Assembly: GCA_034722055.1 (NCBI GenBank)
Contig: JAYENL010000198.1
Span: 1-64,000 of the forward strand
Reading direction: 5' to 3'
Length of the DNA: 64,000 nt
From: Armatimonadota bacterium
GTDB lineage: Bacteria > Armatimonadota > Zipacnadia > Zipacnadales > UBA5352
Within the stretch, counting starts at the first letter, position 1. Every line of letters begins with the position of its first letter. Positions 38,054 to 49,100 of this stretch are shown here, piece after piece. The position numbers and the translations under genes are program-made. Below the pieces are notes generated by a model, which saw only the letters and a program-made list of their open reading frames with translations, had not been told where the DNA came from and ran no database searches.

Positions 38054-39484
38054 TCAAAGCTTGAGCGTGAAGCCCTCCATGTCTCGGAACTCCGCGCTTC
38101 CGTCCAACGCGACGAGGCGCACGGCGCCCTCCCCGCGGCCCTCGACGAAGGCCGAGAGCGCGAACTCGTCATCGACGTAGAGGCTGAGCACCTCGCCGTC
38201 GGCCACCAATCGCAGATGCGCCGGCCGCACCGGCGTGACCTCCCATGGCACCGATGCCAGCGTCTCGCCGGATGGCAGGCGGACGATGGCCGCCTCCTGG
38301 CCCGGAACGTCCGCGATCGCTGCCAGCGTGCCGGCGGCGTCGGAGACGCCGACGGCAGCGCGGGCCGCAACGTCAGGAACCACCGGGGCGGCCACGCACA
38401 GGTCCATCGCCTCATCCTGGCAGCCTGCGACGCTCGGACCGCCCCCGGCGTCGGCGATCATCACCCCCCGGGCCGACTGCCATCCCCCCTGCAGCTCCCG
38501 AGGCTGCTCCCCGCACAGCGAGCGCCCGCGCCAGGCCTCAAGCCCCTCCCAGTAGAGCGCGCAGAGGCTGCCGTCAGGCGCCGCATCCAGGCGCATCGGC
38601 ACCGCCAGCTCCCGGCGCGTCGGCCCCCACGAGTAGAGGAGCAGATCGCCGCCGACGCGCTGGGCCTTGGCCCCATGGTGCGAGTCGGCCATCGCCCCCG
38701 CCACTACGTCCACCTGCGGCACCCGCCATTCGCCCAGCGGATCATCGGAGACCAGGTAGTGCGTCCCGCTCCGCTGCCAGCGCAATGGCTTGCGGGCCCG
38801 AGCCTCATCGGAGTACGCCCACAGGTGCGTGGAGTAGAGGAGGTACCAGCGAGCGCCGATCCGCACCACCTGCGGCGCCTCGTGCGCCCGGCAGAGCCCC
38901 GGCGCCGCGACCGGCGGCAGCGCCTCCCACTGCATCATGTCCTCGGAGCGCGCCAGCCCCACGCAGCCGCGTTCGTTCCGCGGACCGTCGCCGCGCTCCG
39001 TGGCGGTGATGAAGGCGTACCAGGCGCCCTCCTCCTCGCACCACCACAGGCAGGGGTCGCGCCAGCTCACCCACTCGTCGGGGCCGACATCGGGCGCGGT
39101 CTCATACCATCGCTCGTCCGGCTCCAGCACGGGGACCTCGGCGAAGCGCTCCCAGTGCACCATGTCCCCGGAGGTCAGCACGCCCGTCCGCTGCACGCTG
39201 TCGGCGCGGCTGAGACCGGTGTAGAGCATGTAGTAGCGGCCACCGACGGTGACAGCCGAGCCGGCGAGGATCGCGGCGTCATCAAACGCACCGGGCTCGC
39301 CGCGGCCGATGACTCGGCCCCGCTCGCTCCAGTGGACGCCATCGGTGGAGGTCGCGTGGCCGATGCCGACCTCAGCGCGCTCGTCGTGCGGGGGCTGCTC
39401 CAGCTCCAGATAGTACAGGTGCAGCACATCCGGCCCCTCCAGGAACCAGAAGTCGCCCATCCCGAAGTCCCGCGGCCGGTACAC
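38054..39484 (-). CDS. Clan GH-J (GH32-like) five-bladed beta-propeller glycosidase
   Basis: GDFW, IGHATSTDGVHW, GS, YTG, WRDP and EAP, plus a C-terminal beta-sandwich. Confidence 0.78.
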   Translation of the reverse strand: MYRPRDFGMGDFWFLEGPDVLHLYYLELEQPPHDERAEVGIGHATSTDGVHWSERGRVIGRGEPGAFDDAAILAGSAVTVGGRYYMLYTGLSRADSVQRTGVLTSGDMVHWERFAEVPVLEPDERWYETAPDVGPDEWVSWRDPCLWWCEEEGAWYAFITATERGDGPRNERGCVGLARSEDMMQWEALPPVAAPGLCRAHEAPQVVRIGARWYLLYSTHLWAYSDEARARKPLRWQRSGTHYLVSDDPLGEWRVPQVDVVAGAMADSHHGAKAQRVGGDLLLYSWGPTRRELAVPMRLDAAPDGSLCALYWEGLEAWRGRSLCGEQPRELQGGWQSARGVMIADAGGGPSVAGCQDEAMDLCVAAPVVPDVAARAAVGVSDAAGTLAAIADVPGQEAAIVRLPSGETLASVPWEVTPVRPAHLRLVADGEVLSLYVDDEFALSAFVEGRGEGAVRLVALDGSAEFRDMEGFTLKL

Positions 39485-40414
39485 TCAGACCATCCCCGCC
39501 TCCCGCAGGGCCTCCTGGCGGAGCCTGCGGCAGTGCGCGTAGTAGGGCACGCGGCGGTCAAGATCGAACTCCTGGGCGATTTCGTCTACCGTCAGCTCAT
39601 CATCCTCGCTGGCGATGCTGAAGGTCCCCTGCGCGTGCATCAGCTCCATCGTGATGCGATCCCCGTACTTCTCGCGAATGTCCTCCCACTTGAAGCGGCC
39701 GGTGCAGCGGAGGAAGACGTCGCGCTCGAAGTTCACGTCCGCGGACGCGATGGGATAGCCGTAGTTCGTGGTCGCCAGCGGATAGCCGTTCATGTCGATG
39801 ATCTCGCAGATGTTCCCCGGCCACGCGGACATCACGTAGGCGCCGAACAGATACGCCCACATGCGAAGCTGGAAGCCGCCCTGATACATCGACGGCCAGC
39901 AGATGAGCTGCACGTCCCGCTCGGCCATCTGCTGCCCCACCTCCAGGAAGTGCAGGTCCCAGCAGATGGCGAAGCCGACGCGGCCGAAGTCGGTCTCAAA
40001 GGCCGGCGCCTCCACGCCCGGCGTGGTCCCGGCCTCCATCTCCTGAGGCGTGGGGAACATCTTCCGGTAGACGCCCACCGGCTCCCCGTCGCGGCCGATG
40101 AGCACCGCGGCATTGTGCACCAGGTCCCCGTTGCGCTCCAGCATCCCCGCGACGACGTAGCAGTCGTGCCGCCGGGCCGCCTCGCCGAGGCGCTCGGTGA
40201 TCGGCCCGGGCACGGGCTGGGCACGCTGCACGGCCTCCTGGCGCTCCATGTGCCGATGCGCGAAGAGCTCGCTGAGGCAGATGAGGTCGCCGCCATCCTG
40301 CGCCGCGGCGTCGATCATCTCGACGGCCTGCGAGATGTTGCTCTCGATCGGGTCCTCGTCCCCAGGCGCCCCCGGCCCCCAGGAGACGGTCGTCAGTCGG
40401 GCCATGCGTGGCAT
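39485..40414 (-). CDS. Carbon-nitrogen hydrolase (nitrilase superfamily)
   Basis: E-K-C triad in LSELF, YRKMFP and AICWDL. RBS aggagg. Confidence 0.9.
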   Translation of the reverse strand: MPRMARLTTVSWGPGAPGDEDPIESNISQAVEMIDAAAQDGGDLICLSELFAHRHMERQEAVQRAQPVPGPITERLGEAARRHDCYVVAGMLERNGDLVHNAAVLIGRDGEPVGVYRKMFPTPQEMEAGTTPGVEAPAFETDFGRVGFAICWDLHFLEVGQQMAERDVQLICWPSMYQGGFQLRMWAYLFGAYVMSAWPGNICEIIDMNGYPLATTNYGYPIASADVNFERDVFLRCTGRFKWEDIREKYGDRITMELMHAQGTFSIASEDDELTVDEIAQEFDLDRRVPYYAHCRRLRQEALREAGMV

Positions 40415-40532
40415 TCCATGGCCTCCTTCCGAGACGTGGGTAACGGCCGACACCCATTTCCGCCTTGTGCCTGTCATCCCTGCGTCGAAAGGCCTTCCCG
40501 GGAGCGTCCGCACCGATAGGGGCTGACTTGCT

Positions 40533-40561
40533 TTGGCGCAGGCTTAACCATGTGGTATACT
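40533..40561 (+). promoter_or_regulatory. Sigma70-type promoter for the methylase-endonuclease pair
   Basis: TTGGCG-N17-TATACT with an extended -10 TG, about 40 nt before the ATG at 40603. Confidence 0.65.
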
Positions 40562-40602
40562 CTCTTTGAGCGGTATTGGAACCGGGACCGCCAGGGGCTT
40601 GT

Positions 40603-42081
40603 ATGGCGACATCTCAGGAGAAGCAATTGGGCCAGTTCTTCACGCCGGAGGCCGTGGCTCAGAGCCTCGTCCGGTGGGCCGTACGCAGTAGCAAGTCCGA
40701 TGTCCTTGATCCCTCGTGCGGAGACGGCGAGTTCCTGCGGCACGTCAACCGACCGACCGGCGTTGAGCTGTGCGCGGAGAAAGCGGCGCTTGCGCGGAAT
40801 GCGGCTCCTGAGGCCGAAGTGATCGTCGCCGACTTCTTTGAGTGGGCGCAAGCACGCAGTCCGTCCTTCGACGCTGTGGTGGGCAATCCCCCATTCATCC
40901 GGTACCATCAATTCAACGGCTCCACGAGAAAGCGCGCCCTGAAGCTGTCGCAGCGTATCGGGGCTGAGTTCAGTGGCCTGACATCATCGTGGGCGCCGTT
41001 CGTAGCCGTCTCGGCATCACTCTTGAAGCCGGGGGGGCGCCTCGCATTCGTGGTGCCAGCCGAGATAGGCCACGCCACCTACGCGGCTCCGCTCGTGGAG
41101 GGCCTCTGCCGCCACTTCGCGCAGGTCACAGTCGTGGCGATCCGGGAGAAGCTCTTCCCGCACCTCTCCCAGGACGCGTGGCTGCTCTATGCCGATGGCA
41201 AAGGCAGTGATACGCGCACGATTGGTTTCTCTGCCATAGAAGAGTTCGCCGAGGATCTCGAGCCCGAGCACCCCCACACCGCGATCCCTCTGACAACATG
41301 GCGTGAGTTGGGGGGCAGGCTCCGGAAGTTCCTTGTGCCCCCGGCATCATTGGGCCTTTACCACGAACTATCCAATCGCGTCGGTGCGACAGTTGTTGAA
41401 GGCATTGCCGACGTCACCATCGGCTATGTGAGCGGGGCGAACGACTTCTTCCACTTCACGCCATCGGCCGCTGCCATGTTCGAGATACCACAGGATTGCC
41501 TCCGCCCGACCGTGCGGCGGGGCGAGCAACTCACCGCAGACTATGTGGACGACAGGCTGGTCAGGCGGTGGCTGGCTGATAACGATGCAGTGCTCGTCCT
41601 CGATCTCTCGAGTGCGGACATGCTGCCATCAGCGGTCGAACGCTACTTGGACTCGCCGGAGGGTCAGGAGGTACGTAAGCGCTACAAGTGCAGAGTTCGG
41701 GATCCATGGTACGTTATCCCGGGCGTCGATCAAGCACCTTCCGCGTTCATCACGTGCATGAGCGGGAGGGACAGCCGGCTGTCGATCAACCGCGCCGGGG
41801 CAGTGTGCACCAACTCTGTCCTCGCGGTGTCGCTCAAGCAGCAAGTTCGCCAGACCGATCTCCTGCGCGGGTGGCGTCACCCGCTCTCACGTCTGAGCCA
41901 GGAGCTTGAGGGACACCCGCTGGGCGGCGGAATGCTGAAACTCGAGCCCGGCGAGGCCCGGAGGACATACATCCCGCTCCCGCCATTCCGCTCAACGAAG
42001 TCGGAGGATGATGCGCTCACCGAAGCTGTCGAGGTCATGCGAACATGGAGGCACTATGGACCGGAAGCTGAGCGCACTTGA
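40603..42081 (+). CDS. N6-adenine DNA methyltransferase (gamma class)
   Basis: GQFFTP, VLDPSCGDGEF (motif I) preceding VVGNPPF (motif IV), LLKPGGRLAFVVP, and C-terminal GGGMLKLEP. Confidence 0.9.
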   Translation: MATSQEKQLGQFFTPEAVAQSLVRWAVRSSKSDVLDPSCGDGEFLRHVNRPTGVELCAEKAALARNAAPEAEVIVADFFEWAQARSPSFDAVVGNPPFIRYHQFNGSTRKRALKLSQRIGAEFSGLTSSWAPFVAVSASLLKPGGRLAFVVPAEIGHATYAAPLVEGLCRHFAQVTVVAIREKLFPHLSQDAWLLYADGKGSDTRTIGFSAIEEFAEDLEPEHPHTAIPLTTWRELGGRLRKFLVPPASLGLYHELSNRVGATVVEGIADVTIGYVSGANDFFHFTPSAAAMFEIPQDCLRPTVRRGEQLTADYVDDRLVRRWLADNDAVLVLDLSSADMLPSAVERYLDSPEGQEVRKRYKCRVRDPWYVIPGVDQAPSAFITCMSGRDSRLSINRAGAVCTNSVLAVSLKQQVRQTDLLRGWRHPLSRLSQELEGHPLGGGMLKLEPGEARRTYIPLPPFRSTKSEDDALTEAVEVMRTWRHYGPEAERT

Positions 42082-42925
42082 GCTAACCACCATTCACGCT
42101 GCCCTTGACCGCTTCTACGAACTGGAGGGGCTCCGGGGACAGCATCACGTCAAGCCCATGCACCAGTATGTGGCGATGCGGCTGGTGGTCGAGGGCGGGT
42201 TCTTGCCGGAGGAGATATCTCCTCGTCCGCCGCTTACTGCTACGCTCAGGCGTTCCGGCTACAAGCTCGAGATCGATGAGGAACTCGGTGACACTCGGGA
42301 AGAAACGGTCCTCGGCGGGCTCAAGACCAAGGACGTGGATGTTGTTGTGGCCAAGGACCGTCTGGGCCCGGTCCTTTGCATCTCCGTCAAGGGCACCGGG
42401 GGAGCATTCCGCAATCTGACGAACAGAATGGAAGAGGCTGTCGGCGACTGCACCAACCTGCATATGACCTACCCGGGGTTGGTCTACGGCTTCTTGCACC
42501 TCATCAAGTGCAACCACCCAGGCGATCCAGACGTGAAGCCGAACGACGTAAGCCTGGACGAGAAAGGCCGCGCAGCAGACGCAGTTCAGCGATACGACGA
42601 CGTGCTCAAGGCTCTAACGGGGCGAGAACTGGTCCGTAACGAGATCAGCAGGTACGAGGCCATAGCTTTGGTCATGGTCGATCGTGTCGCGTCGAAGGGG
42701 GTGATCTCGGACCGCTTCCCAGACTCCGATAGCCCGACAACGTTCCGCCAGTTCTTCCCCACCCTATACCGGGTCTACGACCGCCGCTACCCATATGTCG
42801 CCCTGAAGCTGAGAAACACAGAGAGAGTGGCGTGGGATCCTGCTTCGCCTGCCTTCCACGTGTTGAGCGAAGAGGCGGGCCGCGATCTGACCGATCTGTT
42901 CGACTATAGTCCTCGATTAGCCTGA
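42056..42925 (+). CDS. Putative Type II restriction endonuclease (PD-(D/E)xK, XhoI/PaeR7I-like helix)
   Basis: Overlaps the methylase. KDVDVVV...ISVKG...NLTNRMEEAVG. RBS ggagg. Confidence 0.7.
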   Translation: MDRKLSALELTTIHAALDRFYELEGLRGQHHVKPMHQYVAMRLVVEGGFLPEEISPRPPLTATLRRSGYKLEIDEELGDTREETVLGGLKTKDVDVVVAKDRLGPVLCISVKGTGGAFRNLTNRMEEAVGDCTNLHMTYPGLVYGFLHLIKCNHPGDPDVKPNDVSLDEKGRAADAVQRYDDVLKALTGRELVRNEISRYEAIALVMVDRVASKGVISDRFPDSDSPTTFRQFFPTLYRVYDRRYPYVALKLRNTERVAWDPASPAFHVLSEEAGRDLTDLFDYSPRLA

Positions 42926-42936
42926 TGAAGCGGCCG

Positions 42937-43860
42937 TCACTCCTTCGGCGTCGCCGCCAGGATCTTGTCCAGCGCGTCCCGGCGGTAGGCACGCCAGGTC
43001 TCCAGCTCGAACTCCTCGATGATGTCCTCGATGCTGGTGTCCTCCATCTCCGAGGCAAGCGTGAACTTCCCCTCCGGGTGGATGATCTCCAGCGCCACGC
43101 CGCGCCCGTACTTCTCCCGGATGGCGTCCCACTTCTCGCGGTTCTGATCCTGGTGGAAGCACTCCCGGTCGAGGTTCACGTCCGCGCTGGCGATGGGATA
43201 CTGATAGCCGGTCTTCGCCAGCGAGCGGCCGGTCATGTCGATGATCTCGTTGACCTGCCCGCCCCACGAGGAGAGCAGATAGAAGCCGAACTCCTGCGCC
43301 CAGAAGTTGAGCTGCCAGCCCGCCTGGTACATCGAGGGCCAGCAGACCACGCGCGCGCCGTTCTCGTGCAGGCGCTGGCCGACCTCCGGGAAGTTCATGT
43401 CGAAGCAGATGGCGAAGCCCACCGGCCCGACGTCGGTCTCGAAGGCCGGGGCGTCGGAGCCGGGCGCAATGCCGGCCTCCAGCTCCCCGCGCGTGGGCCG
43501 CATCTTGTGGTAGACGCCCACCACCTCGCCCCGGCGGTCGATCAGCGCCGCCGAGTTGTACAGCCGCCCATCGCGCTCCTCGATGGTCGTCGCCACCGAG
43601 TAGCAGTCATTGCGGCGGCAGGCCTCGCCCACAGCATCGGTGGTGGGGCCGGGAATCGGCTCGGCGTGCTCTGCGGATTCGGGGAAGGAGAAGTGGCGCT
43701 GGGCGAAGATCTCGGGCATGCAGACGAGGTCGGATCCGTCCAGCGCGGCGCGGTCGATCATCTCGGCGGCCTGGCGGCAGTTGGACGCGAGCTGCTCGGC
43801 GCCCTCGGCCTCCTTCTGCGGGCTCCAGGACACGGTGGTCAGTCTGGCGTATCGGGCCAT
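42937..43860 (-). CDS. Carbon-nitrogen hydrolase (nitrilase superfamily), paralogue of 39485-40414
   Basis: MPEIF, YHKMRP and AICFDM. Shares ARLTTVSW, CWPSMYQ and YPIASADVN with the paralogue. Confidence 0.9.
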   Translation of the reverse strand: MARYARLTTVSWSPQKEAEGAEQLASNCRQAAEMIDRAALDGSDLVCMPEIFAQRHFSFPESAEHAEPIPGPTTDAVGEACRRNDCYSVATTIEERDGRLYNSAALIDRRGEVVGVYHKMRPTRGELEAGIAPGSDAPAFETDVGPVGFAICFDMNFPEVGQRLHENGARVVCWPSMYQAGWQLNFWAQEFGFYLLSSWGGQVNEIIDMTGRSLAKTGYQYPIASADVNLDRECFHQDQNREKWDAIREKYGRGVALEIIHPEGKFTLASEMEDTSIEDIIEEFELETWRAYRRDALDKILAATPKE

Positions 43861-43936
43861 TGGCGTACCTCCACTACCAGTCTCACGCAATCGGAGGCAC
43901 GTTCGCCCTCCGGGCCACTAAGCCCTTCGGCCCTCG

Positions 43937-46048
43937 CTACCGCGTCATCTCCCGCATCTTCACGCTCCAGGGGTGCTTCGGCCACCGGTCGATGGCGCGC
44001 TGGAAGAGCGCATCGGACCTCTCGGTCTCGCCCAGCTCATGATACGCGAGGCCGCCATAGTAGAGCGCCTCAGGAGCCGCATACTCCCACTCCAACGAGC
44101 TCTGGATATCAGCGAGCAGCGATCGCGCTTCCTCGTCACGGCCCTGGACGGCGAGAGCATAGGCCAGCACAGCGGTGGTGGCGTAGCAGTACTTCGGAGA
44201 AGGCTGCAAAGCCTGGCGAGCTACGTCCTCAGCCTCCTCCAGTCGCCCCGTGAATGCGAGCGCGGCCGCCTCAGTCCCGGACCCTCCATCGCCAGGCGCC
44301 TCCGTGGATCTGGCGCGCTCTATCTCGGCGAGAGCCTTCTCCCACTCGCCGAGGTGCGTCCGCGCCGTCGCGCGAGCCAGATACCCCCGTGAACCCTCGC
44401 CAGATGGCGGCTCCTGCGCCAGCCGCTGTCTTGCCTCGGCAACGTCCCCGCGGAAGATGTGCGCTACCGCCAGTTGTGCAGACAGCCACGTTGCCAGGCT
44501 GTCGGGCGTCCGCCCCTCCAGTCCCTGGAGAAACTCGACAGCTTCATCAACCGCGCCAATCTGGATCAGGCTGTGGGCGGCACGGCCGATGATTGCGGGA
44601 TCGTCCGGCGATAGCTCAGCGGCCCGGCAGTACTCAGCGGTCGCCTCCTCAATGCGACCTGCCACGCGCAACGTCTCCGCAAAGCCTTTGGCCATATGTG
44701 GGTTATCAGGATCGAGCTCGGCCGCCTGGCGGTGCTCCGAGACGGCCTCCTCAAGCTGATCCAGCGTCCTGAGGGTGACGCCGAGGCAGTGATGTGCCCA
44801 AGCGTTGTCCGGCTCGATCCCCTCCGCCGTTCGGAAATGCTCCAACGCCGCCTCGTACTCTTTCTGACTTGTGAGGATTCTCCCCAGTGTCAAGTGTGGC
44901 GACGCAAGGCCATCGGACAGCTCGATGGCCTGGCGCGCTTCCGCCTCGGCCTCATCCAGCTTGCCCTGACGCGTCAGCGAGAGCGCCAGGGCGGCATGGC
45001 TCTCGGCATAGTCCGGCTTGAGTTCGATCGCCTCGCGGAGAGTGGTGACTGCCTGGTCGGTGTCGCCTGTCGCGTCCAGAGCGTAGCCGAGGATGTAGTG
45101 GGCATACGCCGACGAGGGGTCAGCCTTCAGCACCTCGCGGGCGCGGGTCATGGCCTCATCCCACTCGCCGGTGTGCAGGAGCAGCATACCCAGCCTCAGC
45201 CGCGTCTCGGTCTCACCGCGGCCCGCCCTCAGCACCTGCCGGTACTCGGCGATGGCTTCGTTCGTCGCCCCCTGCATCGCCAGGGCGCCCGCGAGGCCGT
45301 AGTGCAGACCCGGCTCACGGGGCTTGAGCTCGATCGCCCTGCGGAACGCCTCCTCGGCCTCGGCGTACTCGCCGCGGTCCAGCCTCACCGCGCCCAGCGA
45401 CCACCAGGAGTAATGACATCCGGGCGCGACCTCAACGGCGTGCTGTGCCGTGGCAAGCGCCTGGTCGAGCTCACCCGCGTCGGCCAGCAGTTCCCACGCA
45501 CGCTGCTCGGCGGCGCTCCGGGCCATTCCCGGCAGCACCATCAGCGCGATGCCGCCCACCAAGATGGCCGTCCAGAGCATGACACCCGGCCGCCTGTACA
45601 CCGGCACGGTCTCCGCTGCCGGTGCGGCTGATTGCTGACCCGAGACCTCCGCTCTGACACGGACTGCAACCCACATGAGGACGTACGCCATGTTGAAGGC
45701 GACGAGCACCCCACCCACATCCCGCAGACGGACCCACAGATCGGGGGCGGGCCCGCGCATGGAAAGCGAGATGCTGTAGAGGACGATCGCCCCAACACCC
45801 GCTACGGGGAAGAGCCGTCGCCAGACCTGTGGGGGATTGCTTAGGGTCCGCGTCGCGACGAGCGCAGCGGCGATGGGGCCGAGCACGTGGAAACCGATCA
45901 CCAGAGCACTGACCGCAAGCCTCCTGGCGGTCCCCCCGTCGGTGGCCATCTCCGGCCAGATATCCCGGATGAGCAGCATCCACAGCAGCTCGAAGGCGAC
46001 GAGGACGGCCGCGCCGCTCAGAATGTCAGCCAGGTCGCGTCGGTCCAT
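43937..46048 (-). CDS. Membrane-anchored TPR-repeat protein
   Basis: About five N-terminal hydrophobic segments followed by many TPR repeats (A...LG...G...EA...R.AIELKP). Confidence 0.85.
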   Translation of the reverse strand: MDRRDLADILSGAAVLVAFELLWMLLIRDIWPEMATDGGTARRLAVSALVIGFHVLGPIAAALVATRTLSNPPQVWRRLFPVAGVGAIVLYSISLSMRGPAPDLWVRLRDVGGVLVAFNMAYVLMWVAVRVRAEVSGQQSAAPAAETVPVYRRPGVMLWTAILVGGIALMVLPGMARSAAEQRAWELLADAGELDQALATAQHAVEVAPGCHYSWWSLGAVRLDRGEYAEAEEAFRRAIELKPREPGLHYGLAGALAMQGATNEAIAEYRQVLRAGRGETETRLRLGMLLLHTGEWDEAMTRAREVLKADPSSAYAHYILGYALDATGDTDQAVTTLREAIELKPDYAESHAALALSLTRQGKLDEAEAEARQAIELSDGLASPHLTLGRILTSQKEYEAALEHFRTAEGIEPDNAWAHHCLGVTLRTLDQLEEAVSEHRQAAELDPDNPHMAKGFAETLRVAGRIEEATAEYCRAAELSPDDPAIIGRAAHSLIQIGAVDEAVEFLQGLEGRTPDSLATWLSAQLAVAHIFRGDVAEARQRLAQEPPSGEGSRGYLARATARTHLGEWEKALAEIERARSTEAPGDGGSGTEAAALAFTGRLEEAEDVARQALQPSPKYCYATTAVLAYALAVQGRDEEARSLLADIQSSLEWEYAAPEALYYGGLAYHELGETERSDALFQRAIDRWPKHPWSVKMREMTR

Positions 46049-46192
46049 GAGCGCCACCCCCTCTATCGTCTGGCGGGAGCTCGACGCTTGCCGCAGCTTC
46101 CCCGGCAAGCCCAACTGTGTGCGCAAGGGTTCGCGGCCTGTGGCGCCGAACCCTGCCTGCGCCGTCCATCCGTCTCCCGGGAGCGGTCTGTA

Positions 46193-49100
46193 ATGCGCCT
46201 GATAGCCAGCATCATCCTGACGACGGTGGTCCCGGCCGCCGCTGCCTCGCTCGACACCATGATCCCCTCCCCGCAGGAGGTCGAGGCGCTGGAGGCGGTG
46301 GTGCCTGCCGCCGGCGGTGTGATCGAGCTCCGCTCAGACGACCCGCAGACCGCGATCGCCGCGGAGGAGATCAATGCCCGCATCGCCAAGCTTGGCGGGC
46401 AGCCGCTGCCGATCGGCGAGGGGGGCGATGGGCCGCGGATCGTACTCTCGGTCGGCGAGGCTGCGCCCAACAGACCGCAGGGGTATGCTATCACCCACTC
46501 GGCCGAGGAGGGGCGCGAGGTCTTCGCCCTCACCGGCCACGACGTCCAGGGGATGCTCTACGCCGCGGTCACCTTCCGCCACATGCTGGCCGTGGAGGAC
46601 GGGCGGGTGGTCATCCGCGCGGCGAACGTCCGGGACTGGCCCGACTTCCGCCTGCGGCATCTGGGCCAGCCCTTCATGGAGCCGCTGCGCGACTACTACT
46701 ACCAGATGCGCCGGGCGGCTCGCGACGGCGACCTCGAGACCGCCCGGGAGCTGGGCGAGAGGCACATCGCGGTGGTCTGCCGCTACGTGGACTGGCTGCT
46801 GCGGCACAAGATCAACATGATGGGTCCGCTGATCCCAGGCCGCGGATACGCGGAGGTCACCGGCTACGAGCGCGAGGTATGCCGGCGGATCAACGAGTAC
46901 GCCCGCGACCGCGGGATCATCAGCGAGATCCGCGCCAACATCTCCATCGGCCGCCACCCGCAGGACGAGGACAATCCCGACTTCGCCGACGTCGTGATGC
47001 ACCGCTCGCACAATCGCTACTTCTGCTGGTCGCGGCTGGACTATCACCGCGAGAAGGCGGCCGCCATCGCTGACCTGATGCGCGACGGCGGCTTCGGCGC
47101 GCTGTACCTGCACGATGTTGACGGCGGCGGCTGGCGCAACCCCGCGCTCTGGGACGACCGCTGCCAGCTCTGCCGCGAGACCTACGGCGACGATCACGCC
47201 AGGGCCGACGCCGTGGTCTTCGGCATCTACTATGACGCCATCCGCGAGGCCGTGCCGGACGCGGTCTTCGCGGCCGTCATCTATCCCTACAGCCCCCATC
47301 ACATCGATCCCGACGCCATCGAGGAGGACCTGCGCGCCGAGATGGGCGATGTGCCCGGCGTGCGCCGGATCGCCGAGCGCGCCGCCGGGGACAACCGCGC
47401 CATGCTCGAGCGCCTCAACACCCTCGTCCCCGACGACTGGCACATCTGCATCCGGGAGAATGACCGCGAGCGCGTGGACCTGTTCCGCGAGGTCTGGGAC
47501 CCCAAGCCCTTCTACACCTACTTCGAGTACATGCGCTACCGCTCCGTGCAGCCGTGGTTCGCGACCTCCCCGCGCTGCACCGCCAGCTTCCTGTATGAGG
47601 GCTACGAGGACATCCTGTTCGGCTCCATTCCCCAGTGGGGCTTCCGGGAGCCGCTGCGGCTGTATGCGGCGCAGGCGGCCTGGAACAGCGCCGCCGCCGA
47701 CCCGGCGCCCTTCACCAAGCGGGCCTGGCACGACTGGCGCCAGACCCAGCAGCCCCGCGAGGTCGCCGAGAGGTGGGCGCTGCGGACCGCGACCGATCTG
47801 TGGGGAGCCGAGGTGGCGCCCTACACGCTCCCCCTCTTCACCCGGAACCTCTCGCCGCACCTGCTCTTCGACACCGAGGAGGTGGTGGACCGGGCAGGCA
47901 TCGCTGATGCCAGCGCGGTCATGCGCGAGCAGTTCGACGCCGCGAGCGAGTGCACCCAGTCCATGCACCAGCTTTTCGACCGCATCCTGGCCGGCAAGAT
48001 AGAGCCGAAGCCCTACTGGTTCGGCGACCTCACCAACTACTACCGCCTCGTGGTCGCCGCGCGGGCGCTGGCCGGCTTCAAGCACAGGCGCGCCCTGCTG
48101 GAGGAGGCGGTCATCGGCGGCGACATCGAGCGGGAGGCGGAGCTGCTGGCCGACCTGCGGGCGAGCATCGGTCGGTGGGCCGAGGAGATCCAGAGGGTCA
48201 GGGAGCGCACCCGGGAGCTGCCGATCAGCGACGAGAGCCCCAGGCAGACCGTCGCCAAGGGCTACCTGCTGGCGCTGACGGGCGATATGCTGCGCGAGCA
48301 GCTCGATCAGTTCCTACAGCGGCGGGACGAGATCGCCGCCGCCTATGCCATGCCGGGGTGGTTCACGGACTTCGCGCGGCGCCGGGAGTTCCACGCCACG
48401 CGCGCCGGGGCTACGGTCACCATCGATGGGCGCCTGGACGAGGACGTCTGGGCGCGGGCCGAGCCCATCGAGCACTTCGTGGTCTACGATCAGCTCCGCC
48501 TCGCAGCATACGAGACCGTGGCGCGGCTGGGCTGGGACTCCGGGCATCTCTACGCGGCCTTCGAGTGCTTCGACCCGGCGCCGGAGGAGATCGATCTGCC
48601 CCGCCGCGACCGCGATGAGCACGAGCAGCTTGACAGCGTGGAGGTGCTCGTCGATGCGAATGACGATGATGAGACCTTCCGGCACTGGATCATCGACCTG
48701 GGCGGCAACACCTTCGACGCCGCCCGCCTGAAGCGCGCCGATGGGACGCTCGACTACGACATCGACTGGGACGGCGACATCCAGCAGGCCATCGCGCGCC
48801 TCGATGACCGCTTCGTCGTGGAGCTCGCCATCCCGGCGGAGGCGCTCGACGCCACGCCCGGCGAGGGGACCTGGGGCATCCACCTGGCCCGCAACATCGC
48901 GCACGATGTCCCCCAATACCAGCCCGCCGCCCCGCGCTATCTTGACGGCGAGGGCTTCCACGCCGTCGCGAAGTACGGCCCGCTGCACTTCGAGGGCCCC
49001 GAATCTCGCATGCAGCCGCCGTCGGTGCGGGTGGAGACCGGCGACCGGTCGCTGGAGCAGAAGGTGCATGAGGAGGGCCAGTCCACCGAGGTGCGCTTTG

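Noticed and set aside
34505..40519. Long antisense ORFs (34505-36664, 38216-40519, also 9722-11584, 46334-48085, 48314-50329)
   Set aside because: They are mirror frames of well-supported genes, as expected from GC-rich codon bias, and show no recognisable motifs.
40420..42936. Transposon or integrative element boundaries around the R-M pair
   Set aside because: No terminal inverted repeats, target-site duplication, tRNA or recombinase was found by eye.
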